64,000 bases of DNA from the NCBI GenBank assembly GCA_977016875.1, contig CDRNST010000143.1:3286001-3350000 (forward strand), read 5' to 3'. Both the position numbers and the translations under genes were made by a program. Numbering within the stretch: the first letter of the stretch is position 1; every line of letters begins with the position of its first letter. This DNA comes from Pavona decussata (Eukaryota). Positions 14,801-25,442 of this stretch are shown in pieces. The notes beneath the pieces were generated by a model. That model saw nothing but the letters and a program-made list of their open reading frames with translations. It searched no databases and was not told where the DNA came from.

Positions 14801-17800
14801 TATATACGAATAAATCACAAATGTAATAAAAATGGTTTCAAGCTTGTCTGATCTTGACCTTACCAGCCAGGTCAGTTAAAAAAAAAAATCAGTGTTTAAT
14901 TTTCAGTGGTTTCTTAACAGAGGTATTTTTGGGCGGTTTATGACTATGAGGCAAAAGCAGATTCTTTCAAGGGCTATAACAATCCAAAAAGAAACTTGGT
15001 TGTCACCACATTTTTCAGATAATTAAGCGTCAATAAATCTTCAATCTTGCTTACTTATTCCCTACTACCCCCAGTTGAGCATAGGTCCATGGAAACTGCC
15101 TGCCATCTCAATCTGTTTTGGGATAGCGTTTCTAGCTCCCTCCAGGTGTAGCCTCCCTTGTCCACCTCATCGTCTATCATTCTCCTCCAGCTGTTCCTGG
15201 AGTGACCTCGACTTCTCTTTCCCTGTGGGTTCCATTTCAGTGCAAGCCTGGTGACATTGCTTGTTGGTTTTCTGTGGGTGCGCCCGATCCAACCGCACTT
15301 GCGCCTTCTTATCTGGGTGTCGATTGTCTCCCGTTCAGCTCTTTCCCACAGTTCGTCGTTCCTTATGACCTCCAGCCAGTGGATGCCCATAGTGACGTAA
15401 CAACTTCCACAACACTACCCTATCAATACAGTCAAAGGCCTTCTCATAATCCACAAAGGTCACAAACACGGGAGAGTTTCACTCGAGATACTGCTCCACA
15501 ATGATCCTCAAGGTGGCTATGTGATACGTACATGACCTTTCCTTCCAGAACCCAGCCTGTTCATCTCGCAGACGGTCATCCACCTCTGTTTTAGTCTCTC
15601 CAGGATTATCCTGTTCAACATTTTCCCAGCAGTTGATAATAGCATGATGCCTCTCCTTGCCAGTTCTTTCACGCCTTTAGATCTCCCTTCTTCGGGAGCT
15701 TGATCAAGTAGCCTTCTTTCCAGTCATCTGGTATCTCATTTGTTTCCCAGATTTTACCAAGCAGGTCGGAATAACATTTCAGTCGAGGTTTCCAGGTCTG
15801 CCTTGATGGCTTCTGGACCAGCTGCCTTTCCAATCTTCAGATGTTTGGATGGTTCTCTTGACCTCCTCTTTACTTGGTCTACTCTCATCGACCTCCCAAG
15901 GTGTTTCGGCGGGTTCTTTGTCGGGAATCTCGCTCGGCGGTGGTCTGTTCAGCAGCTCCCTGACGCGATTTGCCCATCCTTTTCGCTGCTCCTTTTTTTC
16001 GGTGAGTAATTCTCCACTCTTGGCTCTGACAGGTCTGTCCGGGATCTTTTAAGCACCTGCCTATGGTCTCGTAATGGAATAGAGCTTTTTCATATCACCC
16101 TTCCCTGCTGCTTCCTCCGCCTGTTTTGCGAGATTAGTTCCGTCTGTCTTTTACCTCCTTGTTGGCTTCGGAGTATTTGGCCTCAGCTTCGGCTTTCCTG
16201 ACTCTCGTTTTGCTGCGATTCAACACCTCCTTCGCCTTTTTCCTGACTTTAACCTTGTTCAGTGTATCCACACTTGCATAGGCCCTGTGCTTTTTGGACT
16301 TCCTTCCCAGTGTCTCCTCACACGTCTCCCTCCATGTGTCTTTTATTACCTGCCACAATTGGTTAACTGCTGTTTAGTTGTTCCCCTCGCTCAGGTGTTC
16401 GTCGTTTTCTTACAGACTTGCCAACACCTGGCACTTGTTGGAGATGGTGAGCTGAAACCTGTTCTTAGTCTCCTCCACCTTCAGCATCTCAAATGTTGTA
16501 TTTGTAACTTGTCTTCTTTCGGCCGAAGGTTGAAGTTCTTCAGTTTCAACCGGCGTCTGCCCCCTGATATGAAGCTACGTCTGCCCCTCTCTTTACTCTG
16601 ACATCCAACATCGACCTTCTGAACCTGAATGACACACAGATGTGGTCAATCTGGTTCTCAGTCCAGTTATCTAAAGAAACTCTAGTCACCTTGTGGACCT
16701 TATTGTATAGGAAAACGCTTTCTCTGATAACCAGCTTATTAAAGGAATAAAAGTCAACAAACAGCTCTCCGTTGTCACACATTTCACCAAGACCATGCTT
16801 CCCCATGACTGCCTCAAAACCTGCATTGTTGCTCCCCACCTTGGCGTTTGTAACCGATGACAACGCGAGCGGTCTAGCGCCGCCAACGGCCGGAGTGCGC
16901 GAGCAATGGCACAACAGACATGAATTTGTGGATGCAAGGAGTGGGCTTAAAAGAACATTATATTACAGCGAAACCCTAAGCTAATTACAACAAAATGAAA
17001 AGAAACGAAACGAACTAATACTAATAAAAAAGGAAATGTTGTAAAAACACGAGAACGTATTAAAAAGAGACTATTACAAAAACGGGATTATAAAAAGTAG
17101 GAATGAGTTCAGTACATACTTACAACGGCACAAACTCCACTAACCAGAGCATAACTGCCTCTGGGGAGCGAGCTACACAGATCACTTGAACAACACTCTG
17201 CTCCACTAATAAACTAAGCTGAACAAATTGTATTTATACCGGAGTAAAACACGTACTGATTATGTGACAGGAAAAGGATTGTGACAGAACAAACACAGAT
17301 TACATGATAACTACGTACAATTTCATCACACAGTACTTGATAATAAGGTTAAAATAACAACGCCCTAATGACCTACTGTTGATATCATGCAGTGTTGCTA
17401 CAAGAAACAGAAAACTGTCTTGTAATCCCACATACAAGGAAACCAAGCCTAGGAAATAATGAACCTTACGCAATGTAACACTACAGCACGTGATAAACTA
17501 AACCAAACTAAATTAAACCACAAATTATACCAAACTAAACTCCAGTGATATGTCACAATAGAACGCTCCAGACTGTGAATGTAAAGCGACTCCACTCACG
17601 TCTGCAATAGGTAAATGATAAAAATAACACTTTACACTACTAAACGTGTCACAAAAATATTCTAAAACGATCTTAGAAATAATTGAGAAATTGCCTTTGG
17701 GAACTGCAAAGTGACTCGGTCACATTCGCCTCTCCTTTTGCTCATCATGTCCTCATATGAGCTAAACAAAGGAAAACTATAAGCCCTTTTAAGAATAAAC

Positions 17801-20800
17801 GACAAGTCCATTTAAAACTAGAGTACTAGAGTCTCTTGAAAACTCACGCATCCTGCATAGCAGTGAGTGGTACTTGATCCATGATCCACGTGCATGCTTG
17901 AACATTTGTGCTTCTGAACCGTACCATTCCAACTAGAGAGGGCGATTTGCGCCAAGTGATCCCGGGAAGCCATCACTATTCAACACCAGTGGACGTACGT
18001 CGTCATCTCCATATGCTTCCATCACGAGAACACACAGCAATATAACATAGTCATACACATGATCACAGATTCTGCTAACCGTTCGTAACAAAGTCAAGCC
18101 AGGTACAATAAAGAACATTCAAGTCAGTCTGGCAAAGTAAAAACTTCATCTTTCGCGACGATATCCTTGTGCAACACAAACTAGCGATCCACGCCAGTGT
18201 AGGGGAAGGGGACTAAACATTGGGGACACAAATAGGCGTAACTCCGGTACCGGTGGTTGGCCTAAAACAAGCTCTTCCTCGGCGAGTAGACACTAAGGTA
18301 CATAGTGGACGTCTTGGAGCTACCCCTGAGACAAATCCTGAACTCCAGAGGTCGGTTGAGAGATCCTGTGAAGGCGACTCATCGATTCATTGAGCCAAAA
18401 TGCAGAGAGTTCTATCTTCGCAATCCTCTTGCAGAACGTGTCAACTCCCATCGCGACTCCACTACCACACTCGTACTAGTTACCAGACATAACGGGGACA
18501 TTTTAGCCACTACACACAGAAATGCTGGGTAGGTATCGAGGGTGTCTCTCACGTTGAGCTTCTCACAGCACAAAGTCAACTATCGCCGCAACATCCTCCA
18601 CAATAGCTAGACTAACGGCCATGGAACTCCACCACTGCTCTGCAGCATCCCAGCTGAAGTCTCTCAGGACTGGAAACAGGAACACTTACTGGAGTAACCA
18701 CGCCACACCACGTCAACATCATTGTGCCGTGTAAATACTCCTAAACTCATTCCCGTTTGTAAAATGCAAAACCTAACTTGCAAAAAACTATTATCTTTTT
18801 TGCTTTTCTTTCAAACAACTGTTAAAGATTCGATGCCACTATTTTACACTTGCATCCCACTTCTGACACCAAAATGTAACCGATGGCAACGCGAGCGGTC
18901 TAGCGCCGCCAACGGCCGGAGTGCGCGAGCAATGGCACAACAGACATGAATTCGTGGATGCAAGGAGTGGGCTTAAAAGAACATTATATTACAGCGAAAC
19001 CCTAAGCTAATTACAACAAAATGAAAAGAAACGAAACGAACTAATACTAATAAAAAAGGAAATGTTGTAAAAACATGAGAACGTATTAAAAAGAGACTAT
19101 TACAAAAACGGGATTATAAAAAGTAGGAATGAGTTCAGTACATACTTACAACGGCACAAACTCCACTAACCAGAGCATAACTGCCTCTGGGGAGCGAGCT
19201 ACACAGATCACTTGAACAACACTCTGCTCCACTAATAAACTAAGCTGAACAAATTGTATTTATACCGGAGTAAAACACGTACTGATTATGTGACAGGAAA
19301 AGGATTGTGACAGAACAAACACAGATTACATAATAACTACGTACAATTTCATCACACAGTACTTGATAATAAGATTAAAATAACAACGCCCTAATGACCT
19401 ACTGTTGATATCATGCAGTGTTGCTACAAGAAACAGAAAACTGTCTTGTAATCCCACATACAAGGAAACCAAGCCTAGGAAATAGTGAACCTTACGCAAT
19501 GTAACACTACAGCACGTGATAAACTAAACCAAACTAAATTAAACCACAAATTATACCAAACTAAACTCCAGTGATATGTCACAATAGAACGCTCCAGACT
19601 GTGAATGTAAAGCGACTCCACTCACGTCTGCAATAGGTAAATGATAAAAATAACACTTTACACTACTAAACGTGTCACAAAAATATTCTAAAACGATCTT
19701 AGAAATAATTGAGAAATTGCCTTTGGGAATCGGTCACACGTTGAAATCTCCAAGGAGCAGTATCAGGTCCTTCCTGGCTACTCCATCTATAAACCCCTGT
19801 AGCCTCGCATAGAACTCCGACTTAACTTCGTCATACGCTTCGTTGGTTGAGGCATAGAACTGGATGAAGGTGGCTTTGCCAACCTTAGTGTAGAACCTAG
19901 CTGTGATAATCCTGGATGATACTGGATTCCAACCTATGAGAGACTTTGCAGCTTGCGGCGTCAGCATGAATCCAACTCCCTCTGTATGGGGAGCATTTAC
20001 ACCGTCATGGCCAGAGAAGAGGACGGTCTGTCCAGTCGACAGTTGTATACACCCAGACTCGAGTCACCTTGTCTCGTAAAGGCCCAAGATTGACAGGTTG
20101 TATGCGGTCATTTCAGCAGCAATCTGTGTACACTTACCTGCTTTTCACAAAGTCCTGACGTTCCATGTACGGAACAGTGTGGTTTCCTTGGGAGTAAGTT
20201 AGGAGGTCGGCATCACGGCCTGCTTTCGGCTTTCCCTGTGATACGTCACACGGGTCCCCGAGGAGACTCCTTCTCCTCCCAAGACAGGTGTGACTGCGCG
20301 TGTTTCCTAATAATCCTGTAGTCGCTTTGTATCCACTTAATGGGTGATTGGCACACCTAGCTTCACCAGAGCCCCGTTGGCCAGGCTTTTCAGGGTACTT
20401 CATGGCTACCATAGCGGCCTGGAGGAACCAGTCCACCGCCATACTTCACCTTGCACAACAATCCTCTACCTACCTGTTCCCAGCTACCACGACGTGGACG
20501 CGGGGTTGGACATTGGTAGCCAAAAGCTCAATTTAAAATACGTAGCGATGAATCGAATTTTTTCTAAATTGAAGATTAATTATCCCTGAAAAATGCATGG
20601 CTGCCCCAAATTATATTTTTAGATTTTAATAGACCTTTCTGTAATCTTCCTGTCCCGCATAGCCATAAACCGAGCAACACAGACCTTTGAACTGGAATGC
20701 ACTGTCCCCACGAAATGAGCTTCTCGTACGATCCCGAGATGCACAGAACGTATGCGTAGTAGCAAAAGGTGGCACCGTCCTTTAGACGACTCCAGATTTA

Positions 20801-21589
20801 ATTTTTACAATTGTTGGAAAAAAAAAAGTGTGTTAAGTGATGTGTGTATCTCTTCCTTGAATTCGGGTGCATCCGTTTTGTGGCTTTTACACTTCAGTGA
20901 TTTTCCTTTTTGGTTAACAAATATTTTTTGGGCGGCCTGCACCGTTTGCAACATCTTACATGGTTGGTCGAGAGAACAAAAAAACGAACAACAGGACAAT
21001 GATCCCACCCTTAAAAAAAAAAAAAAAAATACACCTGCAGGTTATCAGGGTACAGTGAAAATAGAGCTTTTGAAAAGTGCAGGTTTACTGTTATTTTGAA
21101 GGTTCCTAAAAGGAATAAATTTCTACAATATTAAAATGCAAACGAGTTTTACATTGCTATAAGAGAACATTGAGAAGAATTTTCATGTGAAAATTGAGAC
21201 AGTCAAAAATTTTCTTTTCGAACTTTTTTGGCCTCTCTGACACGATTACTTAGAGCGTTAAATAAAATAAAAAATAACGTTCTTACCATGGTGTTTGTCC
21301 AGCACCGGTACCAAAGACAAGTTTGTTATTTCCATTAAGACCCACGAAGAAGTCGCTTGCATAAGTAATTAGCTTTAAGATCTGGCTTGGATTGCTCTTG
21401 AATCTCGTTTGCAGCCTTAGCCACAAACACATTGTCATTTTATTTATATTCGGGAAATTGTGAACGTTGACAGAGAGCGTTGGTAGGTTCGGCTTGATGA
21501 TGACGTCAAAAATATCAATTGCTGCAACGGTATGAAATATTGTCAAATTGTTTTCATGGTGCCAGAAATCTTAGCAATCAGTTACCTAA

Positions 21590-21667
<78 letters not shown>

Positions 21668-23268
21668 CTTTTATTTACCCTCGGCAGTGTTTATAGCACA
21701 AGTTCTAGTGGGGCCGAGCATTAAACTTCATAAAGAAATAATCCCAACTGGCAGGAGGCAGACCAGCTGGCTATTTACAAGCCCGGTCGAGGAGTTGAAC
21801 TTGGGCTACCAAGAAACAACTCCAGCTAGCGGTCAGAGCGGGGCTTGAACCCGGGACCACCGGATTTCAAGTCCGGCGCCCTAACCACTCGACGACGCTG
21901 CCTCCCACCTGTTGTTTTCTCTTATCGCCTCCCACTGTCGTGTAGTAGTAATAATAATAGTAATAATCATATTGTTCATTTTAATAAGCTCATCCATCTT
22001 AAGATAAAAATATGCGCTTGATTTGAAACATTGAAAATATACTAACGATGGTAATAGGAAAACTGTGTGAATTCACGTTCGCCTCATTTTACGCAACGTT
22101 GTGTTTACGTAAGGTCGCTTATGGCTTCAGTAGATTTTCCCTTCTTTACACGCGTGGCCGTTTTCCCTGATACTATGGCAAAAACTGTTGTTGTTATTCT
22201 CAATTCCGTTTAGACTAATAAACATGCATATGGTAATGTGAATAAGGTATTGGTAAAAGCACATAGTGAATTATCACTCACGTTTTCGATTACACGCCTT
22301 TTCCCCACGCAGGTAAGATATTGTAGGAATATACAGGGCAAGACTTTCATCGGATGAAAAACCTAAAAAACAAGAACGTGATATGGGAGGTCTTTTTGTT
22401 TTGGAATCACCAAAGGCCTTTTAATATGTTAAGCGGGTTGGATGTAAAACCATTTTCAGTTCAATCATTAAAATGAGCCAGCTTCATTCACATTCACTCT
22501 TACTAGGAAGTATTTACTGACACCAGCGCCCCCCTGTGTACATTGGAAGTTTACATGAACTTCCTCGTTCAAACATGGTCCGTAAAGGTGCCGACAAAAT
22601 CTGTAGTGTTCTCTTGGTGTTTTATTGGCAAAAAAGGGGGTTGAGGCGGGGTGGATAAAACCTCACGCCCTCGGGAATTAATTTGATATAAACCCTGCAT
22701 GTCGTTAGTTATTCCAGCTTAGAAAATTATCTTGAGCATTCATGATATTAAGATATTTATCAGTCTCTGACATTCGGATTTAAATTTGACGCTCCGAATT
22801 TGCTCAGAATATGAACTCTGTGGAGCCATAATCCTGTTTTGAATTTACTCAAGTAAAAAGATCGTTCCCCCTGGCTAACGTGTATGCAGAAAATGGGCGT
22901 TAACCATTCTAAAGAAAACCCTATTATTGCGGAACACTTATCAATGAATGCCTAATTGTTTAGGTATTCTTCCAATTGGTGTTCTTAGTTGGGAATAAAC
23001 TTCAAGTCTACCTGTTAAAATGGAGAAACGATAATTTATTGAAAAGGATCAGTGGCAGGTGAGCGCAATTGAAAGTGGTGAGTTGTGCATGTGTTGTTGG
23101 TTAACGTTGTTAGTGGCGCGATGCGGGGTGTATAGTTGGATGGGAAGTTGTTACAGTTGAGATGTTGTAGTCAGGATGTGTTCGAGCGTAATCATGACTT
23201 TATAGATAAAACTTACAGTGAGGAAGGAGAGACAATAGGACGGCAAAGAGCAACCGTAGGGTCTTCAT
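7307..23268 (-). CDS. Gene A: secreted pentraxin/LamG-TSP1-pentraxin/LamG protein, 7 coding exons, 538 aa
   Basis: Exons 23217-23268, 22282-22362, 21287-21521, 13750-14126, 9834-10010, 8656-8941, 7307-7715; all GT-AG; phases 1,1,2,1,1,2; 1617 nt open. Signal peptide [20 protein letters not shown]; MTMCLW...WNHICLLW and MTMCIW...WYHLCVSW pentraxin-type motifs; TSP1 [11 protein letters not shown]...TRTRTC. Same structure in gene B. Confidence 0.88.
8105..8585. repeat. (GAT)n-type microsatellite flanking an N gap (8254-8523)
   Basis: Degenerate GAT/GGT triplets on both sides of the N run. Confidence 0.9.
8656..8941 (-). CDS. Gene A exon 6 (pentraxin domain 2, N-half)
   Basis: QLISRDQAK...MTMCIWV; phase 1-2; homologous to 30471-30753. 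Confidence 0.88.
9834..10010 (-). CDS. Gene A exon 5 (TSP1 repeat)
   Basis: [29 protein letters not shown]...CNTQEC; phase 1-1. Confidence 0.93.
10082..10322. mobile_element. Dispersed MITE-like repeat; inverted copy at 41054-41290
   Basis: CTGGGTTAACGTGAACTTT...TCAATAAAGATTC shared in opposite orientation. Confidence 0.6.
11941..12670. repeat. Tandem duplication of about 367 bp inside a MITE
   Basis: 11941-12303 repeated near-identically at about 12308-12670. Confidence 0.9.
13750..14126 (-). CDS. Gene A exon 4 (pentraxin domain 1, C-half)
   Basis: EFDAERL...WNHICLLW...YYLNG...FYLWDREL...; phase 2-1. Confidence 0.9.
15045..20515 (-). mobile_element. Degenerate RTE-clade LINE (APE endonuclease plus partial RT), interrupted by an LTR element
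   Basis: [30 protein letters not shown] (endonuclease); FVDYEKAFD (RT); C-terminal [10 protein letters not shown]...W typical of RTE; TAAG-like tail; stops, frameshifts, RT core deleted near 15390. Ends approximate. Confidence 0.88.
16849..19738 (-). mobile_element. Non-autonomous LTR retrotransposon (Gypsy-like by 4-bp TSD), 2890 bp
   Basis: LTRs 16849-17724 and 18875-19738 with TGTAACCGA...TCGGTCACA ends; TSD CGTT (16845-48 and 19739-42); PBS 18854-18871 complementary to tRNA-Leu 3' end; PPT 17725-17739; no recognisable gag or pol. Confidence 0.95.
21287..21521 (-). CDS. Gene A exon 3 (pentraxin domain 1, N-half)
   Basis: IDIFDVII...MTMCLWLR...[11 protein letters not shown]; phase 1-2. 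Confidence 0.85.
21592..21907 (-). mobile_element. tRNA-derived SINE with (TTA)n tail
   Basis: Minus-strand head GGCAGCGTCGTCGAGTGGTTAGGGCGCCGGACTTGAAATCCGG...GGTTCAAGCCC (A/B-box-like), non-tRNA body, AAT microsatellite 21593-21665. Confidence 0.75.
22282..22362 (-). CDS. Gene A exon 2
   Basis: [27 protein letters not shown]; phase 1-1; near-identical to 43681-43767. Confidence 0.85.
23217..23268 (-). CDS. Gene A exon 1 (signal peptide)
   Basis: [17 protein letters not shown] then GTAAGT; 52 nt, same length as paralogous exon 44193-44244. Confidence 0.85.
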
Positions 23269-23896
23269 TTTCCCTGTTTGAAAAAATAAAGTGGAGATCA
23301 ACGTAAATCACTAATCTTGCAAGTAAGTACTCGGCCTTGTCCGGTTGACGCCAATCGTGTCAAACGTCTTAAATCAAGGTGAACTCAACTCAACGGCAGA
23401 ACGTTGGGGGCTTTTCAAAACGATAATAACCCAAAGAAAGCGGAAAAGTCTCAATACTGTAAAAAAAATAATGGCTCGAAACTGCGATGTCACAACCTTG
23501 GCCTATTTCCCCTCAAATCACTGCTCTGGATTTCGTTACATATAAAATCAAACAGTTTTGATCTTAAACTATACAATGATAGCGAACAACACAAAAATGG
23601 AGAACTTAGAAAGTCCTTCGCTTATTGTCACGAACATACCATCTGAATCAACTAATAACTAAATATAATTCAGTTGGTCATATGATAAAACACTGAGTCA
23701 GCGCGACATTGTCCCGGAGGACGGGAAATATTTGGATTCCGAGCAAATGTTTCCGTCCGGCTCTCCCACTGGATTTCTTATTACATGTTACATTGTCATT
23801 ACATTTTCGTTATATTAATGATCATAAAACTTGTCAAATGTTCGATTTATGTTTCAGTTAATGATAGGAGAAAGCAAGCGTCGACGTCTTTCTCTC

Positions 23897-24099
23897 ATGT
23901 TTATAGCATTGAGCGAGGCAGCCATATTCTCGGTTGTTGTTTTCGTTTAGGTTCCTTTACTTTCAAACTTCTATCAGAAAAAATCTCTCTGAAAGAGAAT
24001 GTTTATAGCCTTGAGCGAGGCAGCCATATTCTCGGTTGTTGTTTTCGCTTAAGTTCCTTTACTTTCAAACTTCTATCAGAAAAAATCTCTCTGAAAGAG
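23897..24099. repeat. Tandem duplication of about 102 bp
   Basis: ATGTTTATAGC.TTGAGCGAGGC...CTCTCTGAAAGAG occurs twice. Confidence 0.9.
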
Positions 24100-24177
24100 C
24101 ATGAACTGTTTTTCGTCAACAGCATTTTTAAATTTACTTACATCAATTTAATATATTCTCAACTGAAATCCAAAGAA

Positions 24178-25442
24178 AGAAAGGCTTTACAGAAAACCAA
24201 GAATTTCCAAACAAATGGAGATAATTAAAGATGAATGACATTTTACTAACTCAAACGTTTTTATTCCAAAAAGGCACGGTAAATTTGGAAAGCTTTGCAT
24301 AACAATCTTACCTGTTAACATAACAATAGAACCTCTTCTGTTTTGCTTAGCACTGGATGATGATACTAGTCAGAATACCTCGGGGAATTAAGACTGGACA
24401 AATCTTCTAGCTTCCGTTTATACTAAGTAAAGTAATCAGTGACTGGATACCAAAAGAAATGTAAATACTCTCTGTTAGGTGGCATGACACCTTAATGGAG
24501 AAAGTTTACTGAACGGTTAAACTTGGTTACTTAGTTTCTTCCTAAGGGAACCAAGAAAAGATTTCAATTAAAAAAAGGCCGAATGAATAAGAAACGTCCT
24601 CGTTTTATTTTTGCAAAAAAATAATCTGAGGTCTGATCTGCTTGGTATTATGAGGGATGAGTCACAGTTTCACGCAGAACAACTCTATCGTCCTGTAAAT
24701 TTCTTTTAACTGTTACTTGTTCGTCTGTTTTTTGTTTGTACTGACCAAACTGGTGCCCATTGACCTGACATTTAAATGTCACCTTTGCAGGTATTGAAAC
24801 AAAGTGAACGTTTTTATGTTTTTTCATAATAGGAAACTAAACCCAAAAGCTGAGCACAAAATTGAAATATAACTTTCTTCTTTGACACGACGGCATTTTG
24901 TTTGTTATCCCCGTAGCGTCTTATTCGGTCCAGTTTCTTGTTTAACTTGCCGGTTATATGTTTACTCCAAAGTCAGAAAGGCTTTACAGAAAACCAAGAA
25001 TTTCCAAACAAATGGAGATAATTAAAGATGAATGACATTTTACTAACTCAAACGTTTTTATTCCAAAAAGGCACGGTAAATTTGGAAAGCTTTGCATAAC
25101 AATCTTACCTGTTAACATAACAATAGAACCTCTTCTGTTTTGCTTAGCACTGGATGATGATACTAGTCAGAATACCTCGGGGAATTAAGACTGGACAAAT
25201 CTTCTAGCTTCCGTTTATACTAAGTAAAGTAATCAGTGACTGGATACCAAAAGAAATGTAAATACTCTCTGTTAGGTGGCATGACACCTTAATGGAGATG
25301 TTTTTTCATAATATGAAACTAAACCCAAAAGCTGAGCACAAAATTGAAATATAACTTTCTTCTTTGACACGACGGCATTTTGTTTGTTATCCCCGTAGCG
25401 TCTTATTCGGTCCAGTTTCTTGTTTAACTTGCCGGTTATATG
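24178..25442. repeat. Tandem duplication upstream of gene A; second copy lacks about 315 bp
   Basis: 24178-24501 matches 24975-25298; 24817-24960 matches 25299-25442. Confidence 0.9.
24312..24535 (-). promoter_or_regulatory. Putative promoter and non-coding first exon of gene A
   Basis: Minus strand: forkhead-type TATTTAC (24461-67), TATAAA (24417-22), donor CAG|GTAAG at 24312; matching acceptor just before the ATG (23273); homologous block upstream of gene B. Confidence 0.55.

Larger units (their letters stand above)
14900..20783. mobile_element. GGACGGTGCC-family MITE split by the RTE LINE (halves about 14900-15037 and 20520-20783)
   Basis: Both halves match the intact copy at 37936-38315; right end GGCACCGTCC near 20780. 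Confidence 0.65.

Noticed and set aside
4066-23268. Gene A plus the GPCR as one adhesion GPCR (PTX/TSP1 ectodomain plus 7TM)
   Set aside because: Gene A exon 7 ends in a stop at the position equivalent to gene B's, there is no GAIN/GPS motif, and the receptor is class A (DRY, NPxxY) with its own ATG.
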